Positions 29,199 to 38,916 of a DNA stretch of 64,000 bases are shown here, one piece after another (position 1 is the first letter of the stretch; the number at the start of each line of letters is the position of its first letter). The stretch comes from an uncultured Candidatus Saccharibacteria bacterium (GTDB taxonomy: Bacteria; Patescibacteriota; Minisyncoccia; Ryanbacterales; GWA2-47-10b). A program made the translations under genes and the position numbers. Under the pieces are notes generated by a model. It had not been told where the DNA came from. It did not search any database and saw nothing but the letters and a program-made list of their open reading frames with translations. The stretch lies in NCBI GenBank assembly GCA_964356915.1, contig CAYHJF010000004.1, forward strand, positions 663-64,662. Direction: 5' to 3'.

Positions 29199-29828
29199 TT
29201 ATTGACCGTACCAATCCCTATACCAACCCTGCATATCTTCTATTTCTTTTGACTGTGAGGCAGTAATATTTTTTGCAAGCTGTATCATCTCCGGTCGATT
29301 AGTTCCTGCTTCAAGCATTTGCACCATCATAAGAGCAAGCTGATGATGCGGAATCATAGCCTCAAGAAACGCCTTATCAAAGTCTGATGCCGTTTGGAGT
29401 GCTGTCATATCTTCCTCTCCGCCCATATGCATTCCGCTTCCCGACATCATTCCTCCACCCATCATCATTGAGCTTCCCTTCGGAACATCTTTCCCAAACC
29501 AATTTTTATACCAACCTGCCATGTCTTCTATTTCTTTCGTCTGACTTTCAATTATTGCATTTGCAAGAATTTTTATTTCCTGATGTTTTGACTTTTCGAT
29601 GGCTAACTTAGCCATAGCTATCGCCCCCTCATGATGCGGGATCATCTGCTCTATAAAATGAGAATCTATTGCCCCCATCATTCGGTTTCCTTGCGACGTA
29701 TCATTGGAAAACCCCATCATCGAATTCCTATACCCCATCATGCCACCCCACATCGAAGCAAAAACAAAAGTTAAGATAATTCCTAATACTAAACCTACTA
29801 AACCTACTTTTAACGTATCGTTTTTCAT
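29199..29828 (-). CDS. DUF305 (ferritin-like, Met/His-rich) protein
   Basis: Two repeats FIEQMIPHHEGAI / FLEAMIPHHQLAL; Met-rich linker. Confidence 0.9.
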   Translation of the reverse strand: MKNDTLKVGLVGLVLGIILTFVFASMWGGMMGYRNSMMGFSNDTSQGNRMMGAIDSHFIEQMIPHHEGAIAMAKLAIEKSKHQEIKILANAIIESQTKEIEDMAGWYKNWFGKDVPKGSSMMMGGGMMSGSGMHMGGEEDMTALQTASDFDKAFLEAMIPHHQLALMMVQMLEAGTNRPEMIQLAKNITASQSKEIEDMQGWYRDWYGQ

Positions 29829-29857
29829 ATATTTATTATTAATTAATTTATAATTTC

Positions 29858-31981
29858 TCACACAGTAATTAAATTTTTCTCGACGCGCTTAAGCAATACC
29901 GCATTCACTGCAACTATTATCGAAGACACACTCATCAAAAGTGCTGCAAATTCTGGACGAAGCATGATGCCGAAATTTGGGTATAAAATTCCACCAGCGA
30001 CTGGTATCGCAAGAACATTATAGATTGAAGCCCAGAAAAGATTTTGCTTCATTTTGCGAACTGTTGCTTTGCTCAGCATTATCGCTCGAAGAATATCTAA
30101 CGGGTCAGATTTCATAAGAACAACTTTCGCAGTCTCTATAGCGACGTCCGTGCCCGCGCCAATCGCAATACCAACATCAGCCTGAGCAAGTGCTGGCGCA
30201 TCATTGACACCGTCGCCAACCATTGCCGTAAATTTTCCTTCTTGTTGTAGCTTTTTGACATAGTTGGCTTTATCCGCAGGCATTACTTCTGCAAAAACTC
30301 TTTCTATTCCGATTTGACTGGCCACCTTGTCCGCGGTCATTTTATTGTCGCCGGTAATCATGGCGATTTCGATTCCCAGTGCTTTGAGACGTTCCACTGC
30401 TTTGATGGCATTTGGCTTGATTGGATCAGCGGCTCCGATCACTGCTTTGATGGCACCGTCAACGGCGAGAATCATAATCGTTTCTCCTCTTTCCAAGAAC
30501 TCATTTATTTTTTTCTCCAATGCACCGAGAGTAATACTACTTTCTTTCATAAGCCTTACTGTGCCGATGAGTACAGGCTTCCCATCAACGATAGCTTTCA
30601 CTCCCAAGCCCGAAAGATTTTCAAATTTATCAACCGACTCTGGCAATGTAAGACCGCGCTTTTTAAGCTCATCGAGCACGGCACCTGCCAATGGGTGAGA
30701 TGATTTCGCTTCAGCCGCTCCAACTAAACGGAGTGCTTCATTTGAGTCAAATCCATCTGCTGTGGCTATATCGGTTACCTTTGGTTTTCCCTCGGTGAGA
30801 GTACCCGTTTTATCGAGCACAATTGCTTGAATTTTTGATACCTGTTCAAGAGTCGGCGCGTCTTTTATGAGAATGTTGTGTTTTGCACCAAGACCAGTCC
30901 CTACGGCCACAGCTGTTGGCGTAGCAAGTCCCAATGCATCGGGGCAAGCAATAACAACCGTGGCGATAGCGAAAGAAAGTGCGACAAGAAGTGATGCTCC
31001 GGCTACAAAGTACCAAATACCGAACACAAGAAGTCCTGATCCGATTGCTCCGATGACCAAATATTTTGCAAACTTATCAGCGATTCTTTGTCCGGGGGCT
31101 TTTGAATTCTGCGCTTCTTCAACCATCGCCACAATTCGCGCAAGAGCAGTATCTTTGCCAATTTTTGTTGCCTTAAATTTTACGGATCCTGCGGTATTGA
31201 TTGACCCACCGATTAACTGATCTCCAATCTTTTTAGCGGTAGGCAGTGATTCCCCGGTAACCAATGATTCATCAATAGCAGTTTCTCCTTCGGTAATTTC
31301 TCCATCAACAGGAACCTTGTCGCCAGGTTTCAAGATGATAATGTCGTCGAGCTGTATATCGGAAGTGGAAACCATCATCTCCTTGCCATCTTTGAAGACT
31401 CTGGCTTGAGGTGGTACGAGATTGAAAAGGGCTTGCAGGGCATCTGTTGTTCCGCGACGGGATTTCATCTCCATCCAGTGTCCAAACAAGACAAAAGTAA
31501 TAAGCATGGCGGCCGCTTCGTAATATGAATCGGCACTGCCAATGAGAGTAAGTAAAACACTGAAGCCATAGGCTGCCGTGATGCCAACAGCAATAAGCAC
31601 CGCCATATTGAGCACCTTACTTTTTAGAGCAAAATATGTTGAGTAGAGGAAAATCCAACCAGAATAGAAGAATACCGGGGTTGTTAAAATAAAGAGAAGC
31701 CACGGGAGCGGCATTGGGGACAGCAGGTTAAGTTTCAAATACTCAGTTCCTAGGGGCGAATACAAAATTATGGGAATTGTGAAAAAAAGCGCGAAAAAGA
31801 ATTTATTTCGGATATCTATCTCCATTAATCGCGCCATTTCTCGGCCGGCAAGACCCGTGTGATCCATGCCCATAGTCATGGACATACTCATTTTGAACTT
31901 CCCCCAAAGCCCAATTTTTGATGGATCGCCCATTACATGTCCAGCATGAACGCTATGATTCGTGGACTCTTTATGATCCAT
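29858..31981 (-). CDS. Heavy-metal (copper) P1B-type ATPase
   Basis: TGES, CPDALGLATP, DKTGTLT, HP, GDGVNDAP, YN and MSVSS; His/Met-rich N-terminus. Confidence 0.93.
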   Translation of the reverse strand: MDHKESTNHSVHAGHVMGDPSKIGLWGKFKMSMSMTMGMDHTGLAGREMARLMEIDIRNKFFFALFFTIPIILYSPLGTEYLKLNLLSPMPLPWLLFILTTPVFFYSGWIFLYSTYFALKSKVLNMAVLIAVGITAAYGFSVLLTLIGSADSYYEAAAMLITFVLFGHWMEMKSRRGTTDALQALFNLVPPQARVFKDGKEMMVSTSDIQLDDIIILKPGDKVPVDGEITEGETAIDESLVTGESLPTAKKIGDQLIGGSINTAGSVKFKATKIGKDTALARIVAMVEEAQNSKAPGQRIADKFAKYLVIGAIGSGLLVFGIWYFVAGASLLVALSFAIATVVIACPDALGLATPTAVAVGTGLGAKHNILIKDAPTLEQVSKIQAIVLDKTGTLTEGKPKVTDIATADGFDSNEALRLVGAAEAKSSHPLAGAVLDELKKRGLTLPESVDKFENLSGLGVKAIVDGKPVLIGTVRLMKESSITLGALEKKINEFLERGETIMILAVDGAIKAVIGAADPIKPNAIKAVERLKALGIEIAMITGDNKMTADKVASQIGIERVFAEVMPADKANYVKKLQQEGKFTAMVGDGVNDAPALAQADVGIAIGAGTDVAIETAKVVLMKSDPLDILRAIMLSKATVRKMKQNLFWASIYNVLAIPVAGGILYPNFGIMLRPEFAALLMSVSSIIVAVNAVLLKRVEKNLITV

Positions 31982-31995
31982 AGTTTTTTATCTAA

Positions 31996-32217
31996 TTAAA
32001 CAATCTCTCCTTTTTTCTCAAGCATCATGTGATGGATTGCTCCAATCTGAGCCCAAATAGCGATAAGAATAAGAACCCCCACACAAAGTAAGGCATCTAT
32101 TTTTGTAATTCCAAACACTAGATTATCAGCACCACCAATAAGCGCACTCCCAAATACAAACACCCCGATAAACCCTACAACAACGCTTGTAACATGCAAT
32201 AATTTTGATAGTTTCAT
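31996..32217 (-). CDS. Small two-TM protein, first gene of the copper operon
   Basis: 73 aa, two TM helices, C-terminal IHHMMLE. Confidence 0.7.
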   Translation of the reverse strand: MKLSKLLHVTSVVVGFIGVFVFGSALIGGADNLVFGITKIDALLCVGVLILIAIWAQIGAIHHMMLEKKGEIV

Positions 32218-32384
32218 CTTTTTTAAATTACTTAATTAATTAGCCCCTGGATTCAATCCTATATCTAAAAAGTACGATAATACGCCGTTACAACTATACC
32301 ATTATTACAGCATCGTAGCCCTTATAGATTTATTTCAAAAACTCATTATTTGAAATTCCAAACGCTCTAGAAATTTTCCTAACA

Positions 32385-33761
32385 TTAAAACTTTGCCCTA
32401 GGTGCCGCCTGAACATGGAGAGTACTATCAAGAAGAACGCCGTTTGCGAAATAGAACCCCGTTTCGCCCGAGGATAAGATGTCATACGTGAACCCCTCAT
32501 CATAAGCCACTCGATCGACAGAGATTACTTGAGTGCCGTCGTACACATCACCCGTACTCAAATCTTCAATCCTGCGTCCATCAGTGGTCGGGTGTCCGGG
32601 AGAAACAAGAAGTGTACGCCCATCTTGAAGTACAAGCTTCACCATTTTGTGATCTATTGGAACTGGTGTTTTACTAGTCTCGACGACCACTCCGGAAACG
32701 CGCTTGCCGGAATTATCGACCGTCCACACTGGCGCGCCCTTTTTTAAATCTTCTACTGCTATCCAACCTTGTGGCGTATCAATCAAAGTATTTTTTGCAA
32801 GACAAATAGGACAAGAGCGAATATATCCATTGAGCTGACAGAAGTAAGGAGGAGGTGGCTCATCTGGATATGCAACTGGCGAACCGCAACCTTGCACGCA
32901 TGTAAACTCCACGGGACAACTTGTGTCATTCGACCCACCGCACCGCCTTCCAATTGGACTCGTGCAAACATTTTTATTGCACAAATTTCCGGAAATACAA
33001 TCCGAATCCTCAGTACAACGATTACCTTCTTTTAATTTACATTCTCCTTGTATTACCGCATGGGTGGGAACGCATGAGGGATCGGTGCTGGAACATACGG
33101 TCCCCGAGCCTTGCGTTTCCTGACATACATATTGTGAGGAGGAACAATCGGAATCTTTCGTGCACCGAGTAATAGGTTTTTGATTTATTGGCGGAGTGTC
33201 CTCCGTAACTCCTGCAAGTACTACCGGAATCTCAAGAGCGTCATCGTGTTCGGACAACCCAGACGGATTGTCTTTCTTCAAAATTAAAGTTCCTCTATTG
33301 CTATATGTATTTTTATCTACGCTAAAAGTAAGCGTTGCTTCGTACGGCACAAACTCTGAAGTCATCCAATTGTCTTTTGCAGTGGCAATGCCCTCTCCTA
33401 TGATGAGGCCGTCCCAGTTGGTGATATACACCGGAAAACTCGCTTCAAAAAACCATGAGCCGCGTGCACTCCCCGTGATGACAAGCGGACTCCTCACAAC
33501 TTCGCCGGGGCGCGGAGAGTCGATACGAATAAAGTTTGCTTTTTCAAGCTCGTTGCCAACATCTTCAGTAAATGTCTGCTCCCCGTGCCGACATTGGCGA
33601 GGATAACTCTCCATTACCGGATTTCCTGCCGCCACACATTCTCCAAAAGTTGCTACTTTTAATACCGGTTCTTGCTGCATGAAAAAATAGATACCACCGC
33701 CAACAATCGCTACGAGCAATACGCCAATAGCTATACCTATAAAAAATCGTTGTGGATTCAT
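32385..33761 (-). CDS. Membrane-anchored protein: Gmad2-type Ig-like domain, Cys-rich repeats and C-terminal Hint domain
   Basis: TM; SPLVITGSARGSWFFEASFPV..LKKDNPSG; C..DSDC repeats; Hint blocks CLAKNTLIDT, VSPGHP, TYDI, YFANGVL. Confidence 0.85.
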   Translation of the reverse strand: MNPQRFFIGIAIGVLLVAIVGGGIYFFMQQEPVLKVATFGECVAAGNPVMESYPRQCRHGEQTFTEDVGNELEKANFIRIDSPRPGEVVRSPLVITGSARGSWFFEASFPVYITNWDGLIIGEGIATAKDNWMTSEFVPYEATLTFSVDKNTYSNRGTLILKKDNPSGLSEHDDALEIPVVLAGVTEDTPPINQKPITRCTKDSDCSSSQYVCQETQGSGTVCSSTDPSCVPTHAVIQGECKLKEGNRCTEDSDCISGNLCNKNVCTSPIGRRCGGSNDTSCPVEFTCVQGCGSPVAYPDEPPPPYFCQLNGYIRSCPICLAKNTLIDTPQGWIAVEDLKKGAPVWTVDNSGKRVSGVVVETSKTPVPIDHKMVKLVLQDGRTLLVSPGHPTTDGRRIEDLSTGDVYDGTQVISVDRVAYDEGFTYDILSSGETGFYFANGVLLDSTLHVQAAPRAKF

Positions 33762-33884
33762 AAGATAAGTATAGCAGTTCTAATAAAGTATATATCTTAT
33801 TCGAATTATGCTATTCAAAAACCGATTCATTCTCTTGAAATAATCTACCTGCGTTGCTACATTACTCAACGGAAGGAGCAAGCC

Positions 33885-34502
33885 ATGTCGACAGTTCTTT
33901 TTATCGGCGAGGTCGTTGGCATCACATACACCCTCTGGTGTATCTTCGTATTTGCGTTTGTAAGTACACTTGAAACGATCAGTAAAAAAAGCTGGCACTT
34001 TAAAGTTTACCTATTCATACGCGATGTAAACGTAGAACCCGCAGATACGTGCGAGTATAGAAAAATACTCATCCTCGCCCCACTAAAAATCCTCCTACGC
34101 GGACTCTTTTTCTGCCTATGCGTATTTATCTGGTTTTGTACGCTTATCGTACACTGGACTATTCTGCCGTTTTTTTGGGGAAAAATTCCAACAGCTGGTT
34201 TTAGTGAAAGATATTTTACTGAATTTCTCGAAGACGGTCCCGAAACTTCGGTAGATAAATTCATAAATCTACCTCCCGTATTCTGGCTTCTCATAGCCGC
34301 ATCCTCTGTTGGCGGTTTTTACTACCTCCTTCGACTCTTGAATGGTGATGCACGACCGATTGAATACTACATAACGATTGGCGTTAGCAGTATCGTCTGC
34401 CTGATCTTGGGTCTAATCTACATTTCCACCCGTCCATCTTTCAAAACAATGTGGCAACTATTTCTCGATAGGGTTTGTATTAAAATCCCCGTCGTCGATT
34501 AA
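33885..34502 (+). CDS. Hypothetical multi-pass membrane protein
   Basis: SD GAAGGAG before ATG 33885; about 4 TM; hairpin/T tract at 34501-34530. Confidence 0.65.
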   Translation: MSTVLFIGEVVGITYTLWCIFVFAFVSTLETISKKSWHFKVYLFIRDVNVEPADTCEYRKILILAPLKILLRGLFFCLCVFIWFCTLIVHWTILPFFWGKIPTAGFSERYFTEFLEDGPETSVDKFINLPPVFWLLIAASSVGGFYYLLRLLNGDARPIEYYITIGVSSIVCLILGLIYISTRPSFKTMWQLFLDRVCIKIPVVD

Positions 34503-34556
34503 CCGCTCCCTTTCATGGCTGCGGTTTTTTATTTAAAAAAAATATCCTTCAATCAA

Positions 34557-34865
34557 TCACATCTCGAAAAAGAAAACGGGAGCAAGCGCCGCAAGTATAG
34601 CAATGGCCTGTAATACTAAAATTTTTAAGGTTTGCTTGGGCATTTGTGGGAACCATTTCAACACAAAAGATATTATGACTGGCACCTGCATACCCATGAG
34701 TAATTGAAAAATGTGAGCGGCCGTCCCTTCGTCAGTCTCATGAACAACGCCAAATATAGCTAAATAGCCAAGTAGTATCCCTAAGGCGCTAGCCGACATT
34801 ATAAGAGGAAGAAAGGCGCTCGGCTTTTTCAACAACAAGACATCTGCTTGAGAGTTATTTGGCAT
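34557..34865 (-). CDS. Small three-TM membrane protein
   Basis: KKPSAFLP, DEGTAAHIFQLLM; TATAGT 8 nt before ATG. Confidence 0.7.
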   Translation of the reverse strand: MPNNSQADVLLLKKPSAFLPLIMSASALGILLGYLAIFGVVHETDEGTAAHIFQLLMGMQVPVIISFVLKWFPQMPKQTLKILVLQAIAILAALAPVFFFEM

Positions 34866-34925
34866 ATACCAATACTATAACGACAGTGATGATATATAAG
34901 ATTCTTTGCTGCCAAAAATCTATTA

Positions 34926-37289
34926 CTATTTATTGCTCGTATCATGCCCGCCAAATTGATTTCTCAGAGCGGAAACGACTTGGCCAGTATACGAAGGGTT
35001 TTCCTGTGACTGCTTACGAAATTCAAGAGCACCTTCAATAATCTTCACCGGTACACCAAACTCATGAGCAGCGTCAACGGTCCATTGTCCTTCACCACTA
35101 TGTGATACTTTCCCAGAACAGCACGCCTCCGCATTAAGTTCATCACTGAATTTTTTATACGCATCGGCAAGCCAACCTACAAGGCGCGAAGTAATCACCG
35201 AACCGTGGTTATAAATTTCTGCGACGGAATGAAGATCGAGAGAAAATGGCGACTTCTTCATAACTTCAAAACCCTCTCCTATTGCCTGCATCATGCCGTA
35301 CTCAATACCGTTGTGAATCATTTTTACAAAATGTCCTGCCCCCGATTCACCCATGTATCCATATCCGCCGTCCACGGATATATCTTTGAAGAGTGATTCA
35401 TATTTCTCGTAAAGTTCACGCTTGCCACCCACCATAAGACAGGCGCCGTCTCTCGCGCCCCCCGGGCCACCAGAAACGCCAATATCAAGAAAATTAATAC
35501 CCATCACAGCAAGTTTTTTACTTCGACGAATTGATTCTTTATACAAAGAATTTCCTCCATCTATAACAGTATCGCCCTTCTCTAATAATGGAGTGAGCTC
35601 ATCAAGCACTACATCGACGACTTGATGTGGCACCATGAGCCACACGGTGCGCGACTTTGAAAGTTTACTGACAAGCTCTTGCATAGAGTATGCGCCAAGG
35701 ATACCTTCCGACTCTATTTTCTTGGTCACATCGGAAACTTCATTGAACCCCACGACCTGCCACTTTTTTGAGTGCAATCGTCGCGCAATATTCCCACCCA
35801 TTTTTCCTAAACCAATAATACCAATTTGATCACCACTCTTCTTTTCTTCATCTACAATCTCAAAAAACTTTGGAGCCGGGGTTGTACCTGACTCATATGA
35901 AACGAGCGGAACAACTCCCTGATTCCATCCATCGATAATCGGATCAATAAATTTCCATGATGCCTCTACTTCGCTCGATGAGATAAAGCGTACCTGATCA
36001 CCCATCATCGCAGAATGCAGAATCTTTGAGTATTCCTCAACGTACTGCACCTTCGTCTCTTTTTCATATAGAAAAAATGAGAAAACGCGCTCTTCAACAA
36101 TGCGCTCAAATCCCGGCTTTTTAGTCCAAAAGTGAATGATAATCTCATCGTTTGGCTCAAGCCGAAAAATAATACGATTTGGCTCATGCGGCCCCGCTTG
36201 GCACAACAAACACATCGGTGGATGCTTGAGTGTTAAAACGATCTCCTTACGTGCCTCGGCCATACGCTTTCCTGCTTCCATATATATAGGTATGCCCTCC
36301 CATCGCGAATGGACAAGCTCGGTTTTTAATGCAAAATAAGTTTCTGTTTGAGAATTCTCTGCTACGCCAGCAATATTTTTATAATCCGCCTGCTCTGCAC
36401 GAAAAGTTTTTTCTCGTAGCGTCTTATCTGTCCATGGCGCGAGTGCCTCCAAAACAGCGGTTCGATTTTTATGAATCGTGCTCGTTTCCATACCCAACGG
36501 ATACTCCATAGCAATAGCGGAAAGCATCGCCAAAAGATGATTCTGCCCAACATCACGAAGAGCTCCAACAGCGTCATAAAAATTCCCCCGTGACTCTACG
36601 CCGATTGACTCAAGTAAACGAATGTCGATACGCTCAATCGTTGTATTGTCCCATGTATTTTCAAAAAGATTATTAGAAAACCTAAAATTTTCAATTCCTT
36701 GAATAATCTCTTTGAACAAATAATGATCGATGCGATAAATTTGTTCTTCTTTGAAATACTTTGTTAAAAGAGTTTGGAGCTCTTTTGCTGTTGTAAGATT
36801 TGTACCAAATGGTTTTTCGACTAACAGCCGACTCCATCCGAGATCATCATCGCAGGGAAGATTGAGTTTTGCCGCCGCAAGATTTTTAAATATTGATTCG
36901 TACGATGATGGTGGAGTCGCAAGATAAAAAAGCTTATTTGCGCACACTCCCCACGTGCTCCCCACCTCATCAATACGGCTCGCGAGCGATTGGAACGCCC
37001 TCTCGTCCTCAAATGTTCCCGAGTGATATGAAAAAAGTTTGAAAAAACGAGAAAAATCTTCTTCCACTACTTTAATCCCGCCCTGCTTCATTACGGCATC
37101 TCTGACCAGATTTTCAAATTCTGCGTCCGAAAGCGTCCGACGTGCGAAACCAATAACCGCCAACCGATCCGGCAATAACCCGTGCAAAGAAAGATGCCAC
37201 AAAGAAGGAATAATTTTCTTTGCCGCCAGATCACCGGTTACGCCCATAATGACAAAAATTGATGGCGTATTATGTATATTTGCTTTCAT
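34926..37289 (-). CDS. zwf-gnd: Fused glucose-6-phosphate dehydrogenase plus short (YqeC-type) 6-phosphogluconate dehydrogenase
   Basis: G6PD: GVTGDLA, EKPFG, RIDHYLFKE, DVGQNHL, RWEGIP. 6PGD: GLGKMG, IDGGNS, GVSGG, GHFVKMIHNGIEYG, ALRNQFGGH. One uninterrupted 787 aa frame. Confidence 0.92.
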   Translation of the reverse strand: MKANIHNTPSIFVIMGVTGDLAAKKIIPSLWHLSLHGLLPDRLAVIGFARRTLSDAEFENLVRDAVMKQGGIKVVEEDFSRFFKLFSYHSGTFEDERAFQSLASRIDEVGSTWGVCANKLFYLATPPSSYESIFKNLAAAKLNLPCDDDLGWSRLLVEKPFGTNLTTAKELQTLLTKYFKEEQIYRIDHYLFKEIIQGIENFRFSNNLFENTWDNTTIERIDIRLLESIGVESRGNFYDAVGALRDVGQNHLLAMLSAIAMEYPLGMETSTIHKNRTAVLEALAPWTDKTLREKTFRAEQADYKNIAGVAENSQTETYFALKTELVHSRWEGIPIYMEAGKRMAEARKEIVLTLKHPPMCLLCQAGPHEPNRIIFRLEPNDEIIIHFWTKKPGFERIVEERVFSFFLYEKETKVQYVEEYSKILHSAMMGDQVRFISSSEVEASWKFIDPIIDGWNQGVVPLVSYESGTTPAPKFFEIVDEEKKSGDQIGIIGLGKMGGNIARRLHSKKWQVVGFNEVSDVTKKIESEGILGAYSMQELVSKLSKSRTVWLMVPHQVVDVVLDELTPLLEKGDTVIDGGNSLYKESIRRSKKLAVMGINFLDIGVSGGPGGARDGACLMVGGKRELYEKYESLFKDISVDGGYGYMGESGAGHFVKMIHNGIEYGMMQAIGEGFEVMKKSPFSLDLHSVAEIYNHGSVITSRLVGWLADAYKKFSDELNAEACCSGKVSHSGEGQWTVDAAHEFGVPVKIIEGALEFRKQSQENPSYTGQVVSALRNQFGGHDTSNK

Positions 37290-37371
37290 AATTATGACTC
37301 TATTTGGTCATCGTATTGTGCCATTTCCTCACTCAAATAGAAAGATTCCCACTCTATCACCTACTATATTT

Positions 37372-38292
37372 TTATCTTCTTGAATTTGTGAGACATGCAG
37401 AAAGTTCTGCTGTTTGCGTCCAGCCACATTCACCATTCGACTGTCTTCGACACGTACTAGACTTGTAACAAGCGTACTCTTCTTTATATTCACACGTGGA
37501 AGCAATATCAGGCTGATCGCTACATAGCTGTCCCGAACATCCACCCACATAACATGTTTTCTGAGGTTCTGGTATCAAAGATTCTTGTGGCACTACATTA
37601 AATGTAAGTCGATAATCTGCATCCGCGATCATCACCTTGGAATTTTTGTCTGGCATAACAATCTTAAGCGTCACTGATTGGGCTTCCGTCGTAAAAACTT
37701 GTCCGAGCTTAAGAATACTCGTACTTGTTCCCATGCCCGATGCAACCTCTACACGAACTCGCACTGTCCCTACTTGAATACACTGTACGTCATTCGGACA
37801 ACGACTATCTTCTTCAATAGAAAGAGGACGTATAGATATATCTTTAAATATAGCGCGCTGATTTAATGCAAGCGTTACATAACCATAAGGTAAAACCGCC
37901 GGAGTTATAGCTTCCGCAAATATCGGACTACAGGTATCAAGCGCAATACTTTGAACGGTCTTATCATTTTGTTTGACATAAGTTCCGACTGATACCACAT
38001 TCTTTCCGCCACGCACTTGGTAACATTTTGCATTTAATATACCCGGTATACCGCTTCCTGACTGAATAAACCCGACATACCACCCTTCAGCCGTTTCCTT
38101 TGCTTCAATAGAGCTTGGCGGAAGTGATGTAGTTCTATATGAGGCCAACTCAGGATGCAATTTGATAACTGCGTTTATGGCATCTTCCTGAGTAAGAATA
38201 CTCACTTGTCGATCAGAATTATATTTAAATGCAGAAAAGATACTAATCACTAAAAGTAATATGAAGCCTGCCAAAAATAATTTTTTATTCAT
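37372..38292 (-). CDS. Secreted or anchored Cys-rich protein with a C-terminal eight-cysteine-cluster-like domain
   Basis: TM; EDSRCPNDVQCIQVG; CYVGGCSGQLCS..STCEY..YACY..C..NGECGW..C. Confidence 0.75.
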   Translation of the reverse strand: MNKKLFLAGFILLLVISIFSAFKYNSDRQVSILTQEDAINAVIKLHPELASYRTTSLPPSSIEAKETAEGWYVGFIQSGSGIPGILNAKCYQVRGGKNVVSVGTYVKQNDKTVQSIALDTCSPIFAEAITPAVLPYGYVTLALNQRAIFKDISIRPLSIEEDSRCPNDVQCIQVGTVRVRVEVASGMGTSTSILKLGQVFTTEAQSVTLKIVMPDKNSKVMIADADYRLTFNVVPQESLIPEPQKTCYVGGCSGQLCSDQPDIASTCEYKEEYACYKSSTCRRQSNGECGWTQTAELSACLTNSRR

Positions 38293-38402
38293 ATATGAAA
38301 TGTTTTACACAACAGGAGCTCAAGCCATCACTATACTCAATATAACAATTTGATCACTAGAGATGTTTCGAAGCTCTCGTTAATAATCTTGAATTCCACC
38401 CA

Positions 38403-38834
38403 CTAGGGATGCCGCTTCCCAGACGCGAGCATGCCACAAGCTTTCTCAATTCTCTGAGTGCGCGTTTCTGACTCTTTAGCTGAGTCTATCCAATCAGCAA
38501 AGTCTCTCCGTTCGCTTGGCGTAAGATCGCTCCATTGAGCTTTTGCTTTCATATTAGACCCAAGAGCCTTATACAAATTCATTGGTACTATTGCATAACA
38601 ACATGGACGCCGCTTTCCTGATGCAAGCCGTGAGGGAATACTCTCGACCCGACGCTTGCGCGTCTCTGATTGTTTAGCTGATTCTATCCAGCTCACAAAA
38701 TCCCTCCGTGAGATCGGCGTGAGATCATTCCATTGAGCTTTTGCCTTTGGCATAGTCGCAAGAGCACGACGAAGATCTGTTGGTACTTTGGGTTCCAATT
38801 CTTTTCTAACCGGCTTAGAACTCATCTTGTTCAA
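38403..38834 (-). CDS. YdeI/OmpD-associated family protein with tandem domains
   Basis: Two repeats VPxxL..AL..KAKAQWxDLTP..RRDF..WI.SAK.SETR. Confidence 0.85.
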   Translation of the reverse strand: MNKMSSKPVRKELEPKVPTDLRRALATMPKAKAQWNDLTPISRRDFVSWIESAKQSETRKRRVESIPSRLASGKRRPCCYAIVPMNLYKALGSNMKAKAQWSDLTPSERRDFADWIDSAKESETRTQRIEKACGMLASGKRHP

Positions 38835-38916
38835 AATTATATGATTTTAAATAGTTTAGTGTTATCACTTTCTATTATTGTAGCACCTCCTACAGATGTT
38901 GCCTTCAAAAAACTCT

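Noticed and set aside
32385-32804. Hint domain as a true splicing intein
   Set aside because: No penultimate His/terminal Asn, no meaningful C-extein and no endonuclease; fits a cleavage-type Hint instead
38403-38834. Internal DNA repeats as a mobile or repeat element
   Set aside because: Explained by tandem duplication of the YdeI/OmpD-associated domain; the same applies to repeats in DUF305 and the zinc-ribbon gene
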